A stretch of 64,000 nucleotides of DNA. It comes from a virus (Duplodnaviria > Caudoviricetes). Below are positions 14,501 through 23,900 of this stretch, piece by piece. The notes under the pieces were generated by a model. That model did not search any database and had not been told where the DNA came from. It worked only from the letters and a program-made list of their open reading frames with translations. Made by a program: the position numbers and the translations under genes. How positions within the stretch are numbered: position 1 is the stretch's first letter; the number at the start of each line of letters is the position of its first letter. The stretch is from IMG/VR virus record IMGVR_UViG_3300029305_011823; one strand, given 5' to 3'.

Positions 14501-16546
14501 GATATAAGTAATATGATTATTCCTGATACTGCTGTATTAACCGACCTTTTCTTAAATATAACAAAACTTGCAAACATAGGTATGATTTACTGTGATTTCA
14601 AATCAGTAGAAAAAATAGCTTCATTAGTACCAACAACTAACCCTACAACAATATGGGTAGGAAACCACATAGACATCAACGGACTACCACAGTACGACCA
14701 CATCACGTACAAAGTGTATGAAGTCGAAGATAAGTTGGAAGTTGAGCTGTCAAGCCCACTGTTAGAAGGCGACAGACTTGAAATTATTGATGGTGACTTA
14801 TATCATTATCATAAGATGGGAATAATTACTTACGATGGTAGTGACGATGAAGCACATTGGTCATATGGTTTGATTGAAAATGGATGGGAACAAGATGAAA
14901 ATTATCATGCATTTTATAATTATTATACATATAATAAGTATTCATTGTGGGAAAAACTAATTACAAAAAATAGTATTATTTATTGTGAAAATCTTTCAAC
15001 ATACGGATATAATTATTTAAATAGTACACAAGTATCTGTAGATGGTATACGTACAGAAGGTGTTAGTATAGGCTGGCATAATGTTAATGGTTATGATTAT
15101 CATTATATGACTATAAGAATACACAAAGATAAATTAACAACAATTGATTCAGCTGGATTCAAAACATGGCTTAAAGCTAACCCAATCACAATCGTATACG
15201 AAAGAGCAAACCCTTACTATGAATTAGTAAAACCTAACGTAGGTCTTTTAAATGCAGAACAAGGACTTTATTTAAATATTTTAGATTCTGTCGTTCCTGT
15301 TGTTAATCACCAAGACCTTTGTACTTTAAAACTTAACTATTTGCTTCCTAATGTAGAATATAAAGTTAAATTTAAAGCTAATATTCCAGGTTCAATTGCT
15401 ATTAATCTAGGAGGTACTTTAGTTCCTTTAGATGTAGTAGAAGGATGGAATGAAGTAATGGTTACTACACCAGAAACTTTAGTAGATGAATACTTAAAAG
15501 TAAATGGTTCTGAAGGTATAAAAATACAAAATGTTATGGTAATAGATAGTAATAAAGACTTTGATTATTTTAAAGGTATGAATAATACGTTTGATGAAAT
15601 TCCTGTTAAGAATATATGTACTAATAGAACTTTAACATATACTCATGGAGTAGATGAAGAAGGAGTAAGTCCACAAGGGGAAATGGCTGTAAATGTCAAT
15701 AAAGGTAAAGTAGTAACAGTGGTAGGAAAAGTAAGTAATAATCCAGATAATTTACCAATAAGTATTAATTTATATAATGATACAGGTAGAGCTACTGGTA
15801 AGAACTTATTTGATGGTAAATTTATTGAAGATAAAATAATAAACACTACAGATGGTGCAGCATTACAATTAAATCATGTACGAGGGGGCTATTGTACAGA
15901 TTTTATCGAAATTGATAATACTAAACATTTAACAATAACAGGATTCTGTTGTGATGGTATTGTTTATAGTTGTATATTCATGTATGATAAAGATAAAAAA
16001 TACATCGGTCGTACGTCTGGTAATGCTGTTGGTGAAGGTTTGAGACGTATTTTACCTACAGACGGTATTGATTCCGTACCTGGAGTTGATCATACTAATA
16101 TAACTAGAAATAAATTCCCAAATAATTGTAAATATATAAGATTCTCAAATTATTTTACATCTAGTATGAATGACCAATCAACACAATATTTATTAGACAA
16201 CTCTACACAATTACAAATAGAGAGTCATAATGGAAAAACTGAATATGAGCCTTTCAGAAATTATTGTAATGATGAACCTATATTTATAAACCCTGATGAA
16301 AATGGTAACTTTGCTATACAAATAAAAGCAGATCGTGATTATGCTAATAGAATAGGATTTAATGTTGGAGATGCTTTTGCTTGTGAAGCTAATGACCAAG
16401 TAACTATAACAGACCTTATGGTATTCGAAGGAGATATTATTGACTGTCATCCTACAACTTATGTAGATCCAGCAGATACTAGATATCTTGTTGAATATAA
16501 ATCATTCGGAAATCCATTTGGTTTTGGTAAAAATAAATTAATATAA
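5597..16546 (+). CDS. Giant multi-module LRR protein 2 (3649 aa), 6 capped LRR modules plus tail-protein-like C-terminal domains
   Basis: RBS AAAGGAG before ATG, 26-aa repeats, no signal peptide. The C-terminal region is homologous to that of protein 1 (SSPLLEGD, FKTWLKANPITIVYE, terminal P-x-x-FGK). Confidence 0.88.
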   Translation: MSIIAKYKFDKSIYENLIPEFNEGYTGYTISDEIDSENSNHVIRTISHDNMKPTLMRFGQVWQEGAVLGGARYESLLEIISLDTSALTNMHSMFRSCFNVYRINTDGWDTRNVTEMRQTFTRCYSLTSIDVSNIHVTGVLYAYFSQCINLTEIIGLDTWDTSNVTNMEHMFHNCYNLTSLDLSNWDVSNVANMFYMFSYCNNLTTIGDVSNWNTSKVTDMSQMFFNCQSLTSLDMSNWNTGKVTNVHQMFHNCHAIKSVGNIRNFITNKSTTMKGLFENCYALKDIDTSNWDVSNVDTMEYAFEECQSLTTLDLSDWNIKSTCVTVAMLTSCGVKTIYMYNSDYASVNRIIEQLPQVDNAELYIGGIDSLGSVNLSGARAKNWSVINKYKVAKYKFDKSIYENLIPEFNEGYTGYTISDEIDSENSNHVIRTILGNSLPTSMIFGVMNPNPVEDKHKCLLDVAYVNIDNIVNMHSMFRYCINLLSINTSNWNTAHVTNMHDLFHSCRSLTSLDVSNFDTSNVKNMGYMFVSCYRLTSLDVSNWDVSKVTDMNNLFYDCNKLTSLDVSNWDTSSATVMGGMFRDCNALTSLDVSNFDTSKVTDMSYMFYDCYSLTSLDVSKWDTSNLTDIEYMFNNCNRLTSLDVSNWDTRNLQKASLAFYNCKRLAVIDVSRWKMNAILSCYRMFDACSGISKVDISNWELTYSSAHLYSLCSNTNITQFEFPDRTQKVRYIHHIFNNCVNLEVINFKDWDIYASESTTSDIEKYDIFGINIDNNKTVPPIKKIISNNLSTIKILANNQALPDKTGEVEPGYIVTTLRDQIDEETLAALTAKNWVVKDLVAQYKYDANTYENLLPEFNTEFTSDKYEIHDSISEGVITYNDVTAWHEDEINLNSNLITCLSNTTYHFIKGFGTIRWYDSNKNYIDVSLFTDGAYMTSPINARYMMIVYNKENGKNSFELVSKLVTRSIESKNGDLPTLMRFGHNGDSTDDQATYTGPATALLKVFAANTSELTTGERMFRYCKRVEEIRCSNWNTSNMTDMGSMFATASDYLTELDVSNLDVSNVHNISTMFWGCFKLTSLDVSNWDTSNVINMYGVFTAAYNLNNIIGIEDWDTSSVKVMNYMFSYCYILQSLDLSKWNVNNVTNMEMMFYDCTSLELLNLSNWDMSQVIYMNNMINNCNELNSIIMYNSNAVSINIIINQLPTRTEASKGALVIAGVDDRTLVNINVAESKFWIVKSRLVAKYKFNKSIYDNLIPNMGTDFTSYTVIDKVNPYNVNHITRMLVSDFAPQIMKFGTDGDDYTKAKAKALMEVIHVHMDNLRWCYNMFRGCQYATAINMKNVNTDLMTNMSCMFSMCYNITTLDVSSFNTSQITDMQYVFDDCNKLTEIKGLENWDVSNVTNFRAMFENCRVLTSLSDIYDWNVGKAESMTLMFQNCYKLTSLDLNNWDTGNVTTMDNMFCDCNKLTSLDVSNFDTSKVTRMDHMFEKCQSLTSLDVSNFNTINVTKMNSMFVNCNKLTSLDVSGFNTSKVTDMEYMFQYCESLTSLDVSNFDTSNVITMACMFMFCYSLTSLDVRNWDTSNVTNMGRVFEACGQLVNLDISRWNTGNVTNMVSLFANCYKLTSLDVSNFNTSKVTNMSSMFEDAGSTNNNNGLSVLNLSNFNFSKVTNAMWMLNGTDGQLKIKELNLNNLDLATISDIRDFIDSDYSNSIQNPRIISNNLNTINLLADMLPNRSTITTSGQIVTTIRDQIDEETMAALTAKNWIVKGSVAQYVYDANTYEDLIPEFNPEFTEDMYEVHDSVSEIVIDDIQWEPGGISETAGTDHNGINEEYPDRVRSGYLTVIPNIEYKFNVPYVHVYWYNENKQFISYDGMYGTNGGTTMKGNSCVAPIKAKYLRIGRGAGPYTMSITAKLVTRSIESKNGDLPTLMRFGTDSWDIVTDKSKSLLKIVDLSSNSLIIMTYMFNKCIRLTNVNTTNWDVSNVTYMYSMFFGCTNLTSLDVSNWDTSNVTNMGDLFTACQSLKSLDVSGWDTSKVTNMYQMFGDCINLTSLDVSNFDTSEVTSMNHMFNNCKSLTSLDVSNFDTSKITNMAYMFYNCTSLTSLDLSNFNTSNVTVMNHMFAECKKLTSLDVSNFNTSNVTDMGCMFKECNALTTVGNLSNWNTASVSYMNYMFYDCRKLASLEGIGGWNTAKVLGTFGMFYQCAVITSLDVAGWNTSNINTMGAMFQGCSSLSSLDVSHWNVAKVENMNGLFHACKALTTLDVSKWNTARLNKISREPGEFNEHISIFSDCINLTSLDLSNWNMSNVTNTRYMFYNCNNLTSLDVSKWDVSKVTDMAQMFSECKLLTSLDVSKWDVSKVTDMNNMFYNCQSLTSLDVLEWDTSSLRDITSLFYACSNLKSLDVSHWNVDNCGSVLGDITYSMRNTFNDTGLRVLNLSKWSKIEWLYDTLEDGRICNNFINSTVLKTIDFGNCVIPYYPVNWLKAPNLRYIKCDNGNSVSNLIEQVPTRTEAEPGYIITTAEISDDHKGLFNAKYWNIVKLDEVGTDIAIYKFNKSVYKSLVPVFDNNFADWFMDDVVEDEVNAPNIVTRTIRSMGGLPTKMIFGVSSSLGAYEDRSLSLLEVHKLNTSNITTMGQMFKRCTGVTMINTADWDVSNVTNMNELFFECAKITSLDVSNWDTRKVNNMSSIFIHCFKLQNIIGLNNWNTSNAQTMQWMFQDCQSLKSIDVSNWDTRKVNNMGSMFRYAISLESLDLSSFDTRAVTSMNCMFAGIDYGNYNPMSLTSITFGENWNTSNVQNFANMFYGCQSLTSLDVSKWDTSKATNIAGMFWDCRSLTSLDVSNFNTSKVTRTQGTFRNCRALEYIDVSKWNTSKVTDMQNMFYGCHSLISLDVSNFDTSIITEFDGMFAYCNKLRYLILGNWDTSNVKDMGTMFANNSGVRELDLSSWTCSAVTKGMGYMFRSCINLEYLDISNMIIPDTAVLTDLFLNITKLANIGMIYCDFKSVEKIASLVPTTNPTTIWVGNHIDINGLPQYDHITYKVYEVEDKLEVELSSPLLEGDRLEIIDGDLYHYHKMGIITYDGSDDEAHWSYGLIENGWEQDENYHAFYNYYTYNKYSLWEKLITKNSIIYCENLSTYGYNYLNSTQVSVDGIRTEGVSIGWHNVNGYDYHYMTIRIHKDKLTTIDSAGFKTWLKANPITIVYERANPYYELVKPNVGLLNAEQGLYLNILDSVVPVVNHQDLCTLKLNYLLPNVEYKVKFKANIPGSIAINLGGTLVPLDVVEGWNEVMVTTPETLVDEYLKVNGSEGIKIQNVMVIDSNKDFDYFKGMNNTFDEIPVKNICTNRTLTYTHGVDEEGVSPQGEMAVNVNKGKVVTVVGKVSNNPDNLPISINLYNDTGRATGKNLFDGKFIEDKIINTTDGAALQLNHVRGGYCTDFIEIDNTKHLTITGFCCDGIVYSCIFMYDKDKKYIGRTSGNAVGEGLRRILPTDGIDSVPGVDHTNITRNKFPNNCKYIRFSNYFTSSMNDQSTQYLLDNSTQLQIESHNGKTEYEPFRNYCNDEPIFINPDENGNFAIQIKADRDYANRIGFNVGDAFACEANDQVTITDLMVFEGDIIDCHPTTYVDPADTRYLVEYKSFGNPFGFGKNKLI
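5609..6895 (+). repeat. Exact 126-bp direct repeat of the module N-cap (5609-5734 = 6770-6895)
   Basis: Base-by-base comparison. Confidence 0.9.
7277..7455 (+). repeat. 179-bp LRR cassette identical to 23258-23436 in a different gene
   Basis: Base-by-base comparison, including shared minority synonymous codons (ttg, gac). Confidence 0.9.
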
Positions 16547-16552
16547 AACACT

Positions 16553-16593
16553 GAAGAGAAGTCAATTACAGGCTTCTCTTCTCTTTTTATTTT
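16553..16593 (+). terminator. Intrinsic terminator
   Basis: GAAGAGAAGTC/GGCTTCTCTTC stem plus T-rich tail after LRR gene 2. Confidence 0.8.
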
Positions 16594-16598
16594 CTAAA

Positions 16599-16610
16599 AA
16601 CAATCTTATA
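16599..16610 (+). promoter_or_regulatory. AACA-N6-TA late-type promoter
   Basis: AACA ATCTTA TA just after a terminator. Confidence 0.75.
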
Positions 16611-16651
16611 ATGATAAAATAATCCAAATTTAAAAAGGAGTTGATTGTAAC

Positions 16652-17887
16652 ATGTCAATGGTAGATAAGGAGAAACTTGCTAGATTGGCTCATGCATTAG
16701 ATGATAGAGCTGATGAAAAAGTTGCTAATGAGGCACAAAGGGCTGCTCAAGCAGAAGCAGATATACAAGCACATAGTGATGCTACTAGAGAAATGCTTGG
16801 TGGAAAATCACTTAAATATTTAACACAAGCAGAGTATGATGTTTTATCAGAAGAAGAAAAGAAGAATGAAAATGTTATTTATTATATAACTGACCTTGAA
16901 GATAGAACTCATGATCATTATAACAAAGAAGTTTTAGATTTAATAGATGATGAGTTTATAAAAAATATAGGTAAAGGTCAATTATTAGAAATAGTTATAC
17001 CAGCAGAAGCTGGTTGGTATAGAGTAGCTTCTATGGAAGGTACTGGAGCTGGTCTTATAGACGTTCAATGTGGTCATGGTGAATATATCGTTATGATAGG
17101 ACATGGAGAAAACCATGAACCTAATATGATGCAATTAGGAATGTGTTCGTTAGGAGGACGTAGAAATAGCAAAATAAGAATGGTTCACCATAAAGAAACA
17201 GAAGAAGCTCATTTAGAACTTCATTATGAAGAAGGAGCTGAAGACATTAATGTAAAACTACAAATATTAGGTGAATCTGATTGGAGATTATCAGAACCAG
17301 TTAAAACTGAAGCTGTCGATGAAGCTTTATATCTTATAAGAGAAATGGTATTAGTTCCTGGAAAAATTGTTGGGGACTTCAGTGGTGTAATAGAACAAGC
17401 TAACAAACTAGCAGCACCTGTTCAAGTTATAATCGGTGATGTTCGTAGAGAATTTGATGGAACTGCAGATATATCTTTCTCATTAAATGAAATAGGAGCT
17501 GCTCCAAGGGAAAGTGAAGTTTTAACTACAGAAAACAAAGTGGTTATAGATGCAATAAATGAATTAGATGCTGATTTAGGAGTTGTTGAAGAAGCATTAG
17601 GTGGATATAAAATATGGGTTGGAAATACAGAACAATTAAATGCTATAGTAGAAAGAGACCCAATGACTTTATATTTTGAAATAAGTGATAGTGTAGCTTA
17701 TACTGAAATAAATCCTGAAGTAGAAGCAGCTGGTATAGCTACTACTGAAATATATGATGAAATGATACCTGCTTACGACCCAGTAGCAGAAGTAGAACAA
17801 GATGTTATATTAACATCACCTATGGGATTCAAATTTAAATTAAGAGTAGATGATTTCGGTAATCTATTCACAGAACCTGTAGAATAA
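16652..17887 (+). CDS. Tail-fibre-like adaptor/hub protein (411 aa)
   Basis: Several motifs typical of phage fibre proteins: LTQAEYDVL..YYITD, ANKLAAP..FDGTADISFSLNEIGA, LTTENKVVIDAINEL, KIWVGNTEQLNAI..DPMTLYF and C-terminal LTSPMGFKFKLRVDDFGNL. RBS AAGGAG. Confidence 0.7.
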   Translation: MSMVDKEKLARLAHALDDRADEKVANEAQRAAQAEADIQAHSDATREMLGGKSLKYLTQAEYDVLSEEEKKNENVIYYITDLEDRTHDHYNKEVLDLIDDEFIKNIGKGQLLEIVIPAEAGWYRVASMEGTGAGLIDVQCGHGEYIVMIGHGENHEPNMMQLGMCSLGGRRNSKIRMVHHKETEEAHLELHYEEGAEDINVKLQILGESDWRLSEPVKTEAVDEALYLIREMVLVPGKIVGDFSGVIEQANKLAAPVQVIIGDVRREFDGTADISFSLNEIGAAPRESEVLTTENKVVIDAINELDADLGVVEEALGGYKIWVGNTEQLNAIVERDPMTLYFEISDSVAYTEINPEVEAAGIATTEIYDEMIPAYDPVAEVEQDVILTSPMGFKFKLRVDDFGNLFTEPVE

Positions 17888-17896
17888 TAACAACAA

Positions 17897-17908
17897 AACA
17901 ATGAAATA
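17897..17908 (+). promoter_or_regulatory. AACA-N6-TA late-type promoter
   Basis: AACA ATGAAA TA upstream of LRR gene 3. Confidence 0.7.
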
Positions 17909-17980
17909 ATAAATTTAACATATGGAGTAAATAAATTCATTTACTCCATATTAATTATATAAAGGAGTGTGAATATTAAA

Positions 17981-20900
17981 ATGGCTGATATAGCAAAATA
18001 TAAATTTAATAGTGATACTGATGTTTTACCTATATTCGGTGATATTAATTTCGAATACACTTATACAGATGAAATAGGTAGCGATGGTACTATTACAAGA
18101 ACAATAGTTGCTAACAGTTCTCCTAATAGTATAAAATTCACTGAAAAAACGGGATTAATTTCAGTTGAATTTATAGATATGACTGAAATAACAAGTTGTG
18201 CTGAAATGTTTAAAGATTGTATCAACCTAACATATGTTGATTTTAATAGTGTTAATACTAGCAAAGTAACTGACATGAGAAGTATGTTTGAAGGTTGTAG
18301 TGGATTTTTATCAATAGATTTATCAGGATTAAATACTGGGAATGTATTAGATATGACAAATATGTTTAGAGGATGTAGTAATGTGTTCTCTATAGATACA
18401 AGCATGATAAATGTGAGTAAAGCAACAAGTTTAAATAGTATGTTCCAAGGATGTGCTAATATTACAGGTATAAGTTTACAAGGTTGGAATTTATCTAATG
18501 TTGTAAATATGGGTTGGATGTTTGACGGTTGTACTAACTTATTATCTGTAATTTTAAAAGGTGTTAATATACCTAATTCAGCTACAATAACAGATATGTT
18601 TAAAGATTGTATAATTTTAAATAACGTAAACATGGATAATTGTAGTGTAGAAGATATTAATAAAATGATGAGAGTTCTACCTGAAAGAACTGATGGAAGA
18701 GATTATAAATTAAAAACAAATTTAGCTGATGTGAGTGGAATAAATACTGAAGACTTAGAAGCTAAAGGTTGGAGATTAGCAACTTATGAAATAGTTCTTA
18801 GATATAAATTTGATAAAAGTATATATGCTAATTTAATACCAGAATTTAATAGTAATTTTATAGATTATGTGGTAATAGATGAAGTAGTTGAAGGGAATAT
18901 AGTAACTAGAGCTATAGGTCATGAGAATTTAAAACCTACAAAAATTTATTTTGGTAGCCCTTATACAGAATTAAATTCACAATTCCCAAAATCTAATTCA
19001 TTGTTATCAATTGAACATTTAGATCCTAGTAATCTTTATGATGTAAGAGGTATGTTTAGATATTGTAGAAATTTAACTTCAATAGATGTAACTAATTGGG
19101 TTACTACAAAAATTACAAGTTTATGGGATATGTTCTCTTTATGTACAAATTTACAAGAAATAATAGGGCTTGAAACATGGGATACTAGTAATGTTGATAG
19201 TTTAAACGCAACATTCCATGGTTGTAATAATCTATCATACATAGGAGATATATCTGGTTGGCAAACTGGAAAAGTACATGACATGGCTTACTTATTTAGT
19301 GCATGTTATAATTTAACTTCAATAGATATAAGTAACTGGGACACTAGTATTGTAACTACAATGTATTATATGTTTAACTCGTGTCGTTCTTTAGTATCAT
19401 TAAACGTACAAGGAATAGATGTTGGTAACGTAAATAATATGGCTAATATGTTTAGTCAATGTAATAAATTAACTACAATAGATGTAAGTGGTTGGGATAC
19501 TAAAAATGTAACTAATATGAGTTTTATGTTCTCAAAATCTATTGCTTTAATACAAATTATCGGAATAGAAAATTTCATTACTAGTAAAGTAACTAATATG
19601 CAAGATGTATTCGGAGGTTGTCTTGCTTTAAGATCATTAAATTTAAGTAATTGGGATGTTAGTAAAGTAACTCACTTTAATGGGACATTCAATGATTGTA
19701 ATAGTCTTACAGAATTAAATGTTAGTAGCTGGGTAACAACTAGTGCACAATATATGCAAGCAATGTTCTTTGGTTGTCATAATTTACTTTCATTAGATTT
19801 AAGTAACTTTGTTACTACTAATGTATTAGATATGACTCAAATGTTTGATAGATGTTGGGTTATTACAGAAATAAAAGGACTTGAAAATTGGAACGTTGGT
19901 AAAGTAACTAGTATGAGATATTTATTCTCAGCTTGTCATAAAGTAACCGAATTGAATGTTAGTAATTGGAATGTTGAAAAAGTAACAAATATGGAATATA
20001 TGTTCTACTGCTGTGAACGATTGACGTTATTAGATTTAAATAATTGGAATCCTACTAGGGTCCAAAATATGTCTAATATGTTTAAATTTTCTTCTGGATT
20101 ACAATCAATAAGTTCATCTAACTGGAATACTGATAGTTTAACAACTATAAATAGCATTTGTTATGGTTGCAATAATTTAACTACATTAGATGTAAGTAAT
20201 TGGAATACTAGTAAAGTGAATGATATGAATAGTGCTTTCCACCAATGTTATAATTTAACTACATTAGATGTAAGTAATTGGGATACTAGTAATGTAACTA
20301 ATATGAATAGTCTTTTCTCAGAATGTAATAAAGTAAATGGATTAGATGTAAGTAATTGGGACGTTAGTAAAGTTGAGCATTTATCAGGTATATTTAAAGA
20401 TTGCTATAAATTATCTTCATTAGATGTAAGTAGATGGAATACTAGCAGTGCTATAAGAACACACATGCTATTCTATGGATGTAACTCTTTACAATCATTA
20501 GATGTAAGTAATTTTAATACTAGTAAGGCTAGTTTAATGAGAGGAATGTTTGGAAGTCTTCAATCAATAACAATGTTAGATTTATCTAGTATAGATACTT
20601 CATCAGTTACTAATGATACATTTGCTGATTATATGTATAGTATGTATAATCTTAAAACACTTATTTTAGGAGAAAAATCTTTAGCTAAGCATATAGATAC
20701 TTGGGATGAAACGTTTGATTATGAACATCAAATTACACCATTCCCAGTGTTAGAAAGATTAGTATGTCCTGATGAAGAAACTATAGAAAGAATATCTAAA
20801 TACTTACCAGATCGTTCTACAGCTGTAAACCCTGGTGTTATAGTAACAAATGCTACAATATCAGATGAAGCAATGAATACTATCTCTGGTAAAAACTGGT

Positions 20901-23900
20901 CTTTAAGAAAAATGGTTGCTCAATATAAATTTGACGCTGTTACTTATGAGAACTTAATACCTGAGTTCAATGCTGAGTTTACTGAATCTGATTATGTGAT
21001 TACTGACAGTGTAAGTGAATCTGTTATAGATAATATACAATGGATTGATGGTTATGCATTAACTGCAGATACTGGTGCACTTACTAATGATGATGAATCG
21101 CATGTATCTGATTTTATCGTAATTCAACCAAATGTTGCTTATAGAGTAAATCAACCAACATATGTTTATTGGTATGATGAAAATAAAGCATTCATAAATA
21201 ATGATTATGTGAGTGAAGAAGATTATAATGCAGGAAATGATAATATGGTATCTCCTGTAAATGCTAGATATGTAAGATTTACTCAATACAGTTATAGAGA
21301 AGGATTAGAAGTTGAAAGTAAAGTAGTAACTAGAACTATTGAAAGTGTAGCTGGTAAATTACCTACATTTATGAGATTTGGTGGTGTTACTGATCTTGTA
21401 GACGTATTCGATAGACCGTATAGTTTACTAGAAATATGCAATTTAAATACTGAAAATATAAATTCTATGCACTCTATGTTCCATTATTGTAAAAGATTGA
21501 CTAAAGTAAATAGTATAAATTGGAATACCAATAAAGTAACTAATATGTTTGATATGTTTAGTGAATGTCATTCATTATCTTCATTAGATGCAAGTAAATG
21601 GAATACTGGTAATGTAACTACTATGAGTCACATGTTCCATAAATGTCATTCAATATCTTCGATAGGAGACGTAAGTAATTGGAATACTGGTAAAGTAACT
21701 ACTATGTATTCTATGTTCAATAGTTGTTATTTATTAACTTCATTAGATGTAAGTAAATGGAATACTAGTAATGTAACTGATATGAGTAATATGTTTAGAT
21801 CTATGGTATCAATTACAACTTTAGATATAAGTAACTGGGACACTAGTAAAGTAACTAATATGGCTTATATGTTTGCTAATTGTAAATCATTAACTTCATT
21901 AGATGTAAGCAATTTTGATACTAGTAATGTAACTAATATGAATTTTATGTTCTATAATTGTAATAAATTAACTTCATTAGATGTGAGTAGATGGGTTACT
22001 AGTAATGTAAATGATATGCAAGGTGTGTTCCATAGTTGTAAATTATTAACTTCATTAGATGTAAGTAACTGGGATACTGGTAATGTAACTAGTATGTTTG
22101 AATTGTTCCAAAATTGTAATAATTTAACTTCATTAGATGTAAGTAATTGGGATACTAGTAATGTAACTGATATGAAGTATATGTTCAGATGTTGTTATAA
22201 TTTAACTTCATTAGATGTAAATAATTGGGATACTAGTAAAGTAACTGATATGGGTTATATGTTTGACGGATGTCATTCATTAACTTCATTAGATGTAAGT
22301 AATTGGGATACTGGTAATGTAGAATATATGGGTTATATGTTCAATGCTACAGATGGATATTCAATGAGTTTAACTTCATTAGATCTAAGTAAATGGGATA
22401 CTAGTAAAGTAACTAGTATGCCTAATATGTTTGAACAATGTGACAGTATAGAAAGACTTAATCTAAGTAATTGGGATACTAGTAAAGTATATATTATGCA
22501 ATATTTATTTAGTTATTGTAGATCATTAACTTCATTAGATATAAGTAATTGGAGTTTAGCTAATGTAAATTCAATGCCAGGTATGTTTTTAAATACTGAT
22601 AATTTAAGACTTATAAAATGTGATAATCCAGCTACAGTGAATATTATAGCTCAATACCTTATGGATAGAACTTCACAAGAAAAAGCTGGTATGATAGTAA
22701 TAGACGACACTGAAGGATTAGATACTACTGCACTTACTGCTAAAAACTGGACTGTTGTTCCTACATCAGCTCAACATATAGTTGCTGAGTATAAATTCAA
22801 TAAAGACTTAGCAGATTTAATGCCTGAATTAAATCCTGAGTTTGATGCTTATTTCGTTTATGATGAATATAACGATACTGAAGCAATTGAGACAACTGGA
22901 TATGAAACTATGATGTTATTTAATGCTGATAGTGAACCTGATGAGGACGGAGTAATAACTGCAGAAACTGAAGTAGAAGTTGTGAATACTGTGGAAGCTG
23001 GTAATATAGTTACTAGAAAAATAGTAAGTTATGGTGATGATTTACCTACATTGATGAGATTTGGTGGTTTAGGTGATAGTGCTGTTGAATATAATAGAGC
23101 AAAATCTCTAATAAGAATAGAACAACTAGACACTACAGGATTAACTACTATGCATCATATGTTTAGAATGTGTGAAAATGTAGTATATATTAATAATAAC
23201 AATTGGAATATTACTAATGTAACTACTATGCAAGGTGCTTTTTTAGGTTGCTATAATTTAACTTCATTAGATGTAAGTAATTGGGATACTAGTAGTGCAA
23301 CTGTTATGGGTGGTATGTTCCGTGATTGTAATGCATTAACTTCATTGGATGTAAGTAATTTTGATACTAGTAAAGTAACTGATATGAGTTATATGTTCTA
23401 TGACTGTTATTCATTAACTTCATTAGATGTAAGTAATTTTAATACTAGTAATGTAACTACTATGAATCGTATGTTCTATAAATGTAGTAATTTAACTTCA
23501 TTAGATTTAAGTAATTTTGATACTAGTAAAATAACTAATATGGCTTATATGTTCAATGCTTGTTATAATTTAACTTCATTAGATGTAAGTAAATGGCAAA
23601 CAGGAAGTCTAATATATATGAATAGTATGTTCAATGCTTGTCATAATTTAACTTCATTAGACTTAAGCAACTGGAATGTTAGTAATGTAACTGATATGCA
23701 AGGTGCATTTGGTGGTTGTAAATTATTAACTACATTAGGTGATATCAGTAATTGGAATGTTGGTAAAGTAACTAATGTATATGATATGTTTGGATATTGT
23801 AAGAGCCTAGTATCATTAGACTTAAGTAATTGGAATACTGACAGTTTAACTAATATGAGTCATTTTATATATGGTGCAGACAAACTAGAAGAAATATATT

